Shown: one piece after another, positions 18,335-26,962 of the stretch
Layout of the letters: each line of letters opens with the position of its first letter
Numbering within the stretch: the stretch's first letter is position 1
Origin: Synergistales bacterium
GTDB taxonomy: Bacteria > Synergistota > Synergistia > Synergistales > JAFGMB01
Reading direction: 5' to 3'
Assembly: GCA_963666205.1 (NCBI GenBank)
Contig: OY762654.1
Span: 1,536,001-1,600,000 of the forward strand
Length of the DNA stretch: 64,000 nt
Made by a program: the position numbers and the translations under genes
Notes under the pieces: generated by a model
The model's input: the letters and a program-made list of their open reading frames with translations, nothing else
The model's database searches: none
What the model was told of the DNA's origin: nothing

Positions 18335-19546
18335 TCAGCTCATATTACTTCCAGAAGTGAGGGTTCTTTTCATCCAGACCTTGAAAGCGTTATAAAGATA
18401 TCCAGGAGCCAGGTCCAGGTAGTTGCTGAACCACCCCGGCTTGAAAGCTGCAGCATCTTCGGTCATCTGAAGGGATATTGCATTTACAGGACAGGCCATT
18501 ACGCAGAGTCCGCAGCCTATACAGCGCATCCTGTCGAAGTTGATCTTTCCGTCAACTAAAGATAACGCCCCCATAGGACAGGCTTTCAAACATTTACCAC
18601 ATTTTATGCAGCTGTTCTCCTCGATTTCGGGTATATATCGGGGTCTGCTTATGAGGCTGGGAGCATTGAACTGATTTATGGTTTTCATTGCATGACAGCA
18701 GCATCCGCAGCACGAACAGCTGGAGTTTCCATTGGGTTTACCCGTAATGTCGTTCATCATCCAGCTAACGCATCCCTGTTCTTCAGCGTAACGCTTGATG
18801 GCAATTATCTCCTCTTTATCGCTTCGGCGCATGAGCCCCCTATCGATGAACCTTACCGCAGTAGGTCCCATAGTGACACAGTTTTCCAGGGGCTTACCAC
18901 AACCTTTCCCTTCAAGCTGAGTTGTCATACGACACTGGCACATGCCCACCGCAAAATCATCGTAGGGTTCAATAGCCTCCTCCAGACGATCCGAAGGCAG
19001 GGCCATGTAGAGGGTCTTTACTACTCCTCCTACAGGCAGATAACGAACGATGGGCTGCACTTTGCCCGTATAATCAGCTATGTAGCCATCATCCCATATA
19101 CTCTCAAAAAGGTTTGCAAAACCCTGATGCCAGCTATTACGGGTTGATATATCTGGAGTCATGAGAGCCATTTCAAAGGTTCCGGGCACAATGGGCATTA
19201 GGGTGTATTTCCGGGGCTCCCCCCAGGCTAGAACAACACGTTTATTGAAGGAAAGGGAATCCAGGATCCGCTCAACTTCCCGAAGAGGACGACCGGAACG
19301 GGCAGCTACCTTTGCAGCCGTCCGGGGGCGAAGGGGCGGAAGGTACTGTACAAGCTCTGCCTCCTCGACGGAGTACATGTGCATGACCATTGCCAGCAGA
19401 TCTTCAGAAGGCTCCGGGCCCAAAAGCAGAGGCGAAGCATAGTATTTCAATATCCTGTGATGGGCAGCCGTGGGGACAGTCGCACTCTCAAAACCCGTCA
19501 TTTTAGCGTTAAGATCTATATTAAGCTTCACTATTTTCGATGTCAT
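18335..19546 (-). CDS. 4Fe-4S dicluster domain protein
   Basis: CQCR, CSCCGCCC and two CxxCxxCxxxCP motifs. Confidence 0.88.
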   Translation of the reverse strand: MTSKIVKLNIDLNAKMTGFESATVPTAAHHRILKYYASPLLLGPEPSEDLLAMVMHMYSVEEAELVQYLPPLRPRTAAKVAARSGRPLREVERILDSLSFNKRVVLAWGEPRKYTLMPIVPGTFEMALMTPDISTRNSWHQGFANLFESIWDDGYIADYTGKVQPIVRYLPVGGVVKTLYMALPSDRLEEAIEPYDDFAVGMCQCRMTTQLEGKGCGKPLENCVTMGPTAVRFIDRGLMRRSDKEEIIAIKRYAEEQGCVSWMMNDITGKPNGNSSCSCCGCCCHAMKTINQFNAPSLISRPRYIPEIEENSCIKCGKCLKACPMGALSLVDGKINFDRMRCIGCGLCVMACPVNAISLQMTEDAAAFKPGWFSNYLDLAPGYLYNAFKVWMKRTLTSGSNMS

Positions 19547-19571
19547 TGCTCTCGCTCACTCCTGAATAACA

Positions 19572-19613
19572 AATGGGGTCAGACCTTGATTTTAACCGTA
19601 TGTATACTATTAT
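19572..19613 (-). repeat. RAYT-associated repeat, copy 1
   Basis: AATGGGGTCAGACCTTGATTTTAACCGTATGTATACTATTAT. Confidence 0.9.
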
Positions 19614-19680
19614 TTTTTAATGGACAGTTTGTAATGATCGCAAACATTTTCATTCTGAAAGGAGTATTTTTTCTTGCCCG

Positions 19681-20223
19681 TCAGTTCACAAGTCCCTTAT
19701 CATCAGGGCTTCTCTTTAAATAGATACCTTTCGGCCTTTTACTGTCTGCCTTAAGGTCAGAGGGGATAAAGCTGTAACTGGGCAGAAGATAGGGTCCATA
19801 GGGCCCGGCAGCGGTGATATTTCGCAGGTATTCGGTGGCCATTGAATAAAGGAGGGATGATCCCTGAACGTAGATTAAGGGTGCAAATCTTTTTCTGTTT
19901 TCATCCGATGCTTCTTTCATTCCGGGACAAACAAAGAAACCTTCAAGACTCAGGGAAAAATCATAGGGTATTTTCGATCTGTCAACCTTATTAGATAAGC
20001 CTATCAGTAAACTGACTTTCCATCTGGATGGATCTTCCTGATGGTTCATCAGGGTGGCTCTTACCTCGATCTGTCCTTCCTGTTTCTCCCCCTTTTTATA
20101 ACCCGGGGAAGCTGTACATAAGGTACGGGTATAGAAATAACGTTCAAGCCGGAACAGAGGTGTGATTTCTTTTCCTGATCCTTTATCTGCCAAGGTATAC
20201 CTCCAGAAATCTCTTTTTATCAA
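19681..20223 (-). CDS. SecB-like chaperone
   Basis: PYDFSLSLEGFF...GSSLLYSMATEYLRNITAAGPYGPYLLPSYSF resembles the SecB-like C-terminal core; start uncertain. Confidence 0.65.
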   Translation of the reverse strand: MIKRDFWRYTLADKGSGKEITPLFRLERYFYTRTLCTASPGYKKGEKQEGQIEVRATLMNHQEDPSRWKVSLLIGLSNKVDRSKIPYDFSLSLEGFFVCPGMKEASDENRKRFAPLIYVQGSSLLYSMATEYLRNITAAGPYGPYLLPSYSFIPSDLKADSKRPKGIYLKRSPDDKGLVN

Positions 20224-20290
20224 CTCTTTCAGAAAATAGCAAAGATTCGGAGAGAAAATACCAACTGGTCTCTCCGATGTTTTATCTTAA

Positions 20291-20506
20291 CTAGACATCC
20301 TCAAGGAGTTGTTTAAGTTTTTCCATCTCAATATCAGACAGGGTAACACCCTTACCCATCTTCTGGTGATCAGGTGACCATTCTCTGATATCGTACTTCG
20401 GTTCTCTATCATTCCAGCTTACAAGATTAAGCTCCTTGGTCCATCCTTTGGAAGACTCGGAGATTACACCGAAACTTTGGGTTATCTCAAATTTGAATTC
20501 AGCCAC
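20291..20506 (-). CDS. PC4/YdbC-family ssDNA-binding protein
   Basis: GWTKELNLVSWNDREPKYDIREWSPDHQKMGKGVTL signature. Confidence 0.92.
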   Translation of the reverse strand: MAEFKFEITQSFGVISESSKGWTKELNLVSWNDREPKYDIREWSPDHQKMGKGVTLSDIEMEKLKQLLEDV

Positions 20507-20559
20507 TGTATTTCCACCTGCCCTTAAAATGTATCAGGCAATTATTGTAACAGAAGATA

Positions 20560-21411
20560 CTAATTCCTGAATTTTCTTACTGCTTTGCTTACAGTACTGT
20601 AGTGTACTCTGAAATGCCTTGCGATCTCTGCCTGGCTGTAATTACCGGAAAAATATGCCTCTGCCATGGCCTCTTTTCTATTCGAATATTTAGCCTCAAA
20701 ATCTTCCAGTTCCTTCAGCGGTTTACGTTTCTGCTCACGGGCAATATTCGAAAGATCTCCCTCTAACTGGATTTTGTTCTGCATGGCAGATACAAAGTCC
20801 TCATCTCCAAGGTAGATCTGCTGCTGGATACTTTTCATCAGGTCCGTTCCTCCTGTTATCCCATCCAGGACATAAGCCGCGTAAAGGTCCTGTTTCTTTT
20901 TCAAACCCGACCTGCAGTCAGCAACAACACTGAGGATCCACTCAGTGTTCAGCCATTCCGGAGATGGACCCAGCCCTGCTGTCGATCTGTAACTGCTCCA
21001 GAACCAGTCTTCTGGTTTCTCAACCAGTTCAGCCCTCACCGGATTCAGGACAACGTACCTGGCCAGTTCAAGGAGGTAATTTTCTTTATCTACAAGAATG
21101 GATTTGTACCGCCCCTGGAAAAGATGTCCCGTTCGGCCATGGGTGTGGTTGAAAGACTGTGTATATATTCCGTTGAGGAGTCTCATTCCCTCAGAAAGGG
21201 TTGCTTGAGGTGTTTCAATAACAAAATGGTAGTGGTTATCCATAAAACACCATGCATATGTGATCCATTTCAGCCTGTCATTGATATCACTATATATCTG
21301 AAGAAAACGATTCCGATCGTTGTCATTCAGAAATATCTGCTGTTTGTTGTCGCCCCGGGATATGACATGATAGAGAGCTCCGGGAAACTCTATTCGAAGT
21401 GGTCTGGCCAT
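20560..21411 (-). CDS. REP-associated tyrosine transposase (RAYT, HUH/Y1) with C-terminal HTH
   Basis: MARPLRIEFPGALYHVISRG, MDNHYH (HUH), GHLFQGRY, YVVLNPVRA and WSSY motifs; C-terminal SQAEIARHFRVHYSTVS. Confidence 0.93.
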   Translation of the reverse strand: MARPLRIEFPGALYHVISRGDNKQQIFLNDNDRNRFLQIYSDINDRLKWITYAWCFMDNHYHFVIETPQATLSEGMRLLNGIYTQSFNHTHGRTGHLFQGRYKSILVDKENYLLELARYVVLNPVRAELVEKPEDWFWSSYRSTAGLGPSPEWLNTEWILSVVADCRSGLKKKQDLYAAYVLDGITGGTDLMKSIQQQIYLGDEDFVSAMQNKIQLEGDLSNIAREQKRKPLKELEDFEAKYSNRKEAMAEAYFSGNYSQAEIARHFRVHYSTVSKAVRKFRN

Positions 21412-21419
21412 AATTGAGT

Positions 21420-21480
21420 ATAATAGCATACATACGGTTAAAATCAAGGTCTGACCCCATTCTTTTGGGACCTGAGTCCC
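21420..21480 (+). repeat. RAYT-associated repeat, copy 2, plus GGGAC-CTGA-GTCCC mini-palindrome
   Basis: ATAATAGCATACATACGGTTAAAATCAAGGTCTGACCCCATT directly upstream of the RAYT start; GGGACCTGAGTCCC at 21467-21480. Confidence 0.9.
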
Positions 21481-21578
21481 TTTATTTTGATACACAAGTC
21501 CCGATAAAAAGAGAAAAGATACTGTATAGTGATATTTGTTATTATTTTTATCTGAAAATTATTCAACTTTATTTGAAC

Positions 21579-21626
21579 CAAAGCTACGGGTCTAGAGCCT
21601 TAGAGGCCATGACCGCCAAGCTGCCG
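21579..21626 (+). ncRNA. 3' half of a c-di-GMP-I (GEMM)-like riboswitch
   Basis: CAAAGCTACGGGTCTA...ATGACCGCCAAGCTGCCG resembles the 3' stem of the aptamer; the expected 5' GGCAAA..GAAA..GGGAC part is not visible. Confidence 0.5.
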
Positions 21627-21654
21627 ACACTCTTTATTTGCCCTTCGATAACTT

Positions 21655-21685
21655 AACCCCGGGCAGAGAACCCGGGGTTTTTTAT
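21655..21685 (+). terminator. Intrinsic terminator in the leader of the surface-protein gene
   Basis: AACCCCGGG-CAGAGAA-CCCGGGGTTTTTT. Confidence 0.85.
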
Positions 21686-21843
21686 TATTTGATCATGAAA
21701 GGAGGAATTTTTGTCTTTTAATTCAAGAGAGAATTGAGTGGAAAGCATGTCTTTTAGAGAGATTCATCCTTAGCAAATCTTAATAATCTTTTGAGAGAAA
21801 TGTTCAAACCTGAAAAACACATCTGACAAAGGAGAGATGATCC

Positions 21844-24180
21844 ATGCGCAGAATATGTTTAGCTTTATTATTGTTGATGTTCTTTGTATTACCCGCTTGT
21901 GCCCTTGAGTTCGTAACAGAAACGGTGGATGAGGGAAGTATGCAGGGTGAAAAGACTTCCCTGGTATTCGATAGTGAGGGTAATCCCCACATTTCCTTCC
22001 TGGGAGATAATCAATATTCACTCAAGTATGCCTGGTTCGACGGAACCGACTGGATAGTCCAGACTATTGATACTTCTAATTACGGAGACAGATTCGCAAA
22101 CGCCACATCTATTGCCCTTGACCAAAGCGGGAATCCTCATATCAGTTACTTCCTCGGGTGTGACTACAGAGACCTTAAATATGCCTGGTTTGACGGTACT
22201 GACTGGCATACAGAAACCGTTGACAGTGAGGGAGATGTTGGGAAACACTCATCCATAGCCATCGATTCCCAGGGTAACCCCCACATCGGATATCACACAG
22301 ATGACGAAACAAATGACCTGAAATATGCTCAAAAACTCAATGGGCATTGGATAATCGAGACAGTGATATCTGGAGAGATAAACTGTGCCCACAGTTCCAT
22401 GGTCCTTGATGGCAACGACAACCCCCATTTCAGCTACAAGTATGGATGTTGGGAAAATAGCAATCTATATTACGTATATTATGACGGAACAGACTGGGTT
22501 GAACCACAAGAGGTGGATTCCGGAGACCATACAGGCTTCGATTCCTCCATTACCCTTGATGGAAATGGAACACCCCATATCAGCTACTTTGACTCTTCAT
22601 ACGATGACCTTAAATTTGCTTTCCTTTCCGGAGATCAGTGGGTCACATCAACCGTTGATTCTGACGGTTATACAGGCGAATCTTCTTCCATAAAGGTCGA
22701 TTCAGATGGTTATGTACATATCAGCTACTTCGACTCTTCATACGATGACCTTAAATATGCTTTCTACGACGGGAATGAGTGGACTTTAACGACTATAGAT
22801 TCGGAAGGTTATGTTGGACAGGATACATCCCTTGCCCTCGATCTTTCAGGAAATCCCTCAATAAGTTACTACGACAGCAGTAACGAGGATCTTAAATATG
22901 CCTCCTTCGACGGACAGGAATGGAATGTCCAGACCGTACCGATGGCAGGAGGACCTCGTGGTTACTATCCCGATATGGTACTTGATTCGGCTGAAAATCC
23001 ACATATGGTCTATACTTCCCGAACCTACTACTACGGTGACGATGATGACGACGATGACAGTCCTGTCTTCTATGCTTATCATGATGGCACCGAGTGGCAA
23101 AAAGAGGTTATTGCCATGGGTGACAGCTATAGCTATGGAGCTTCCCTGGCCATGGATGACAATGATGTTCCTCATGTACTTTTTGGGGACTCTTATTATT
23201 CCCCTGAAACTGGCTCAAATTCCGAGCTGAGATACGGTGTTCTTTCAAACGGTAGCTGGGAATTTGAAACAGTGGCTTTCGGTGACAGTTATACTTCCCT
23301 GGCCGTAGAGGGAAATGGAACTCCCCATATCTCTTTTGTTGGCAGAACCATTATGGATCCAGCAGAACTCGGATCTTCCGCATCATATTCTGATATTCTC
23401 TGTTACGGTGTAAAAAACGAAGATTCCTGGAATATCACATCTGTAGATAATGCTAATGGAGAATTCAGGCAGAATACCATCGCCCTCGACTCTGACAATA
23501 ACCCGCATATATGCTATCTCAACTATGATTATTACGATAGCGAATATCAATTAAAATACGCCGTTGATTTAAGTGGCAGCTGGGATATACAGACCATCGT
23601 ATCGGACATACGGGTTGAAGCAATCGATTTAGCCATAGATGAAACGGGTATACCCCATATCGCTTTGACAAAATCGATTGACTACCTTGAAGATAAGTCT
23701 TTGAAACCATCCGACTCAGGAAATTATGAACTTGCCTACGCTACTCTGATCGATGATGAATGGGTAATGGAATCGGTAGACACCATTGGCTATTTCAGAG
23801 GAGGTAAGATCTCCATAGCTTTAGACTCGGACAACAATCCTCACATAACTTACAGATGGGTTTCAGGAGATTTACGAAAGGGAGACATTGGAGAGACAGG
23901 AGAAACTGAACTCAAATATGCCTATCATGACGGTTCTTCATGGCATACGGCTGTGCTTGAAACTGGAACTATGTCCGAATTTGGCATCTATTCTTCCCTG
24001 GCACTGGATAGCGGAAATGTTCCACACATCGTCTACTTTACAGGAACTGGTGTGGATTACGGCACGGTGGAAGGGACTGGACTCTCCTCCAGCGGAGGAA
24101 ACTGCGGGGTGGCCTTCTTCACTCCATCCCTTTTACTGCTTTTACTTCCTCTAGTAGGGCTAATGAAAAAAAGTAACTAG
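21844..24180 (+). CDS. Secreted acidic repeat (probable beta-propeller) protein with Synergist-CTERM-like tail
   Basis: Signal peptide; about 47-aa repeats SIALDxxGNPHISY..LKYA..DG..W; C-terminal SSSGGNC, TM, KK. Confidence 0.88.
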   Translation: MRRICLALLLLMFFVLPACALEFVTETVDEGSMQGEKTSLVFDSEGNPHISFLGDNQYSLKYAWFDGTDWIVQTIDTSNYGDRFANATSIALDQSGNPHISYFLGCDYRDLKYAWFDGTDWHTETVDSEGDVGKHSSIAIDSQGNPHIGYHTDDETNDLKYAQKLNGHWIIETVISGEINCAHSSMVLDGNDNPHFSYKYGCWENSNLYYVYYDGTDWVEPQEVDSGDHTGFDSSITLDGNGTPHISYFDSSYDDLKFAFLSGDQWVTSTVDSDGYTGESSSIKVDSDGYVHISYFDSSYDDLKYAFYDGNEWTLTTIDSEGYVGQDTSLALDLSGNPSISYYDSSNEDLKYASFDGQEWNVQTVPMAGGPRGYYPDMVLDSAENPHMVYTSRTYYYGDDDDDDDSPVFYAYHDGTEWQKEVIAMGDSYSYGASLAMDDNDVPHVLFGDSYYSPETGSNSELRYGVLSNGSWEFETVAFGDSYTSLAVEGNGTPHISFVGRTIMDPAELGSSASYSDILCYGVKNEDSWNITSVDNANGEFRQNTIALDSDNNPHICYLNYDYYDSEYQLKYAVDLSGSWDIQTIVSDIRVEAIDLAIDETGIPHIALTKSIDYLEDKSLKPSDSGNYELAYATLIDDEWVMESVDTIGYFRGGKISIALDSDNNPHITYRWVSGDLRKGDIGETGETELKYAYHDGSSWHTAVLETGTMSEFGIYSSLALDSGNVPHIVYFTGTGVDYGTVEGTGLSSSGGNCGVAFFTPSLLLLLLPLVGLMKKSN

Positions 24181-24288
24181 CTTCTAATACAATATATTCG
24201 TGTTATATGAGGGCGGGCAACTTCCGCCCTCTTTTTTTTATTTGTCAATGCAGTTTTAAGTGGGAAAAATGATATCGCAACATATATT

Positions 24289-24324
24289 GCATACATACGG
24301 TTAAAATCAAGGTCTGACCCCATT
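24289..24324 (+). repeat. RAYT-associated repeat, copy 3
   Basis: GCATACATACGGTTAAAATCAAGGTCTGACCCCATT, identical (36/36) to 21426-21461. Confidence 0.9.
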
Positions 24325-24421
24325 TTTTGTTGACTCATGGAAGTTATTCTTCTATGCTTTCAAATACAACTTAAATTCCAGATCCATATCCATCTTACGT
24401 CGAAGGGAGCTTATACCTTAT

Positions 24422-26500
24422 ATGAACCTTTATCTCAGAAAGAACATTCTTTTTCTTATTTTATGTTCTTCCTTACTCATGTTGTTATCCACATCAGCAG
24501 TGGCAGGAAGCTTTGCCCCCCTTAACCCGGCTTTTATCCAATACCAGGAGGAACAGAAATTCAAACCATCAGGTACTGGATCTCCCTTCTTTGGAAGGAC
24601 TCCCTCTCCCGTAGACCTTTCACATCTCAAGGGGATATCCCTTTCGGCACAGGTTCAGGAATATCCGGCAAGTTACGACCTTAGGGAACTGGGATTTGTT
24701 ACTCCTGTAAGGAACCAGAACCCTTACGGTTCATGCTGGACCTTCGGTGCCCTTGCCTCCCTGGAATCTACATCCCTCAAACTGAGAGGGAAAGAGCTCG
24801 ATCTTTCGGAACGCTACATGATGTACTTTGCCTACATAGATGAGCTGGATCTTCCAGGTTTCGGCAACTGCACTTCTGCAGACTTTCCATGGACTGCTGA
24901 TTTTGGAGGGGACGACTACAGGGCTACGGCCCTTCTTTCGAGATGGACTGGTGCTGTTCTGGAAGAAGATGCACCCTATGATGACCTGGACTGTATCCCC
25001 ACAGGCTTTGAGAATGACGCAATTCATCTTCAACATGTACTCTATCTGCCCATGGATCAGGAGACCCGATATCCAAAGGCAAACATAAACAATATCAAGT
25101 ATGCCCTCACAAATTATGGTGCCGTTTCGGTCGGAGTATGGGCCAATGATGCAATGGGAGGGGGATGGAACACTTCTGATTACTACAACCCTTTCACATA
25201 CGCCGCCTATATTCCGGAAGACAATCCAGATGATCTGACAGTGGGCTGGGCCAATCATGAGGTAAGTATCGTGGGATGGGATGATAATTTTGCATCAGCC
25301 GACTTTGCTACCCAGCCTCCGGGAGATGGGGCCTGGATCGTAAGGAACAGCTGGGGGACCAACTGGGGAGATGAGGGTTATTACTACCTCTCTTATTATG
25401 ACGCTGTCCTGGACACAGGGGCTGCCTATATAGGAGAGGATCCCGACAATTACCGCAATATTTACCAGTATGACCCCCTGGGATGGATCATCAGTTATTC
25501 ACCGGTTGCTCAGGGAAATGAAACAGCCTGGTTCGCAAATGTATTCACTTCACAGCAGACGGAATTTCTCAAGGCTGCAAGTTTCTACGCCGGCGGAGTG
25601 AACAACACTTACGAGATCTACATCTATGACCACATAGGGGGCGAACTGATCTGCGGACCTCAGGCCGGTACTTTGAATGAACCAGGATATCATACAGTTC
25701 TCCTGGACAAGCCCGTTCTTTTTGAAAAGGGGAAAGAACTGGCTATTGCTGTAAAACTCACAACACCAGGATACGCATATCCCATAGCCATAGAATTTAA
25801 TATTTCAGGTTATAGTGACAAAGCATCCGCCCTTCCGGGTCAGAGTTACATAAGCCTGGATGGACAGAACTGGACAGACACCACAACTGTCGATGCCTCA
25901 TTGAATGTCTGCCTTAAAGGATTTACAGGTCATTTGCCCCTGGAAATATCCGGATTGAACAATATCAAGAATAACGACCTGACAAGCACAAGCTCAGCGG
26001 ATCTTGCCTTGGATAATGCAGAGGAAGATCTGGCAGAAGTTGATCCTGCCTTATTCGGATTATCCCTTTCTGAAGACGAATATCTTGCCCTGTCAATGAT
26101 AGATTACCGCATTCTTTCAGGAGATATGGAGACTGAACAGTCAAGCGTGGTTATGGGAAGTTCACTTATTCCCCCGACTGCTGGAAAAGGGAAATACATC
26201 TTCCTGCTGGCATTCAATTATGAAACAGGAAAGTTTGATATCCTCTCTGTAACGGGATCAGACACCATCTCGCCAGGAAGCACTTCTCCATCGATCTCGA
26301 TAACCGATGGCGGCCCTTACGAAGATCCAGGTATTCCAGACGGAAAGTTAAGCAACGCAACAATGATGGAAGTGGTTGCGGAAGCTACACCTGCACCACC
26401 ATCAGCCGGAGGAGGCGGAGGTGGATGTTTAACAGCTTCTTCACCAGCTTCAGCAATATTTATTCTACCTTTCCTCATAATCCTCCTTGGAAAGAGGTAA
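24422..26500 (+). CDS. Papain-family (C1A) cysteine protease with lectin-like domain and Synergist-CTERM-like tail
   Basis: QNPYGSCWTF (Gln/Cys), ANHEVSIVGW (His), RNSWG (Asn); NIYQYD domain; GGGGGGC, TM, KR. Confidence 0.92.
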   Translation: MNLYLRKNILFLILCSSLLMLLSTSAVAGSFAPLNPAFIQYQEEQKFKPSGTGSPFFGRTPSPVDLSHLKGISLSAQVQEYPASYDLRELGFVTPVRNQNPYGSCWTFGALASLESTSLKLRGKELDLSERYMMYFAYIDELDLPGFGNCTSADFPWTADFGGDDYRATALLSRWTGAVLEEDAPYDDLDCIPTGFENDAIHLQHVLYLPMDQETRYPKANINNIKYALTNYGAVSVGVWANDAMGGGWNTSDYYNPFTYAAYIPEDNPDDLTVGWANHEVSIVGWDDNFASADFATQPPGDGAWIVRNSWGTNWGDEGYYYLSYYDAVLDTGAAYIGEDPDNYRNIYQYDPLGWIISYSPVAQGNETAWFANVFTSQQTEFLKAASFYAGGVNNTYEIYIYDHIGGELICGPQAGTLNEPGYHTVLLDKPVLFEKGKELAIAVKLTTPGYAYPIAIEFNISGYSDKASALPGQSYISLDGQNWTDTTTVDASLNVCLKGFTGHLPLEISGLNNIKNNDLTSTSSADLALDNAEEDLAEVDPALFGLSLSEDEYLALSMIDYRILSGDMETEQSSVVMGSSLIPPTAGKGKYIFLLAFNYETGKFDILSVTGSDTISPGSTSPSISITDGGPYEDPGIPDGKLSNATMMEVVAEATPAPPSAGGGGGGCLTASSPASAIFILPFLIILLGKR

Positions 26501-26962
26501 TAGGATTTTTAATCTTCATGGTCCGATTTATTCAGAGGGTGGGAATTCCCACCCTTTTTTTATTAATAAACTTCATAGAATGTTAAAAATATTTTAATCA
26601 TACACATATTATTGATAAGAACAAATTACAGAACCATTTCTCTATTCCAGAATCAGAAACGTAACACTTATGAAATCTTTAGAGGGAGGATATCCGGACT
26701 TTTCAACTTTTTTAATATATCCTGGACTTGCAATAAATAATCTTTATCCATATAATTAAAGCGTTAGTATTGTAACTATCAAACACGTGGAATCGAACAT
26801 TTTTACCTGTTAAACTACAATTTCTTCTTATTACAGTTTCACCTCCTGATATCCAACTCCTGATTACAATACAAGAACCCTTCGTTCCAGAAAGAAAACT
26901 CTAAGTTGTGTATTCCTCTCTTTCTTCACTGTTTTTCCAGGAAAAATTATCATGGAAAGGTT

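Larger units (their letters stand above)
19572..21461. mobile_element. RAYT-containing segment bounded by 42-bp inverted repeats
   Basis: 19572-19613 is the reverse complement of 21420-21461 (41/42). The segment encloses SecB-like, PC4/YdbC and RAYT genes. Confidence 0.65.

Noticed and set aside
19572-24324. CRISPR array from the 36-bp repeats
   Set aside because: Only three copies, kilobases apart, one inverted, and no cas genes.
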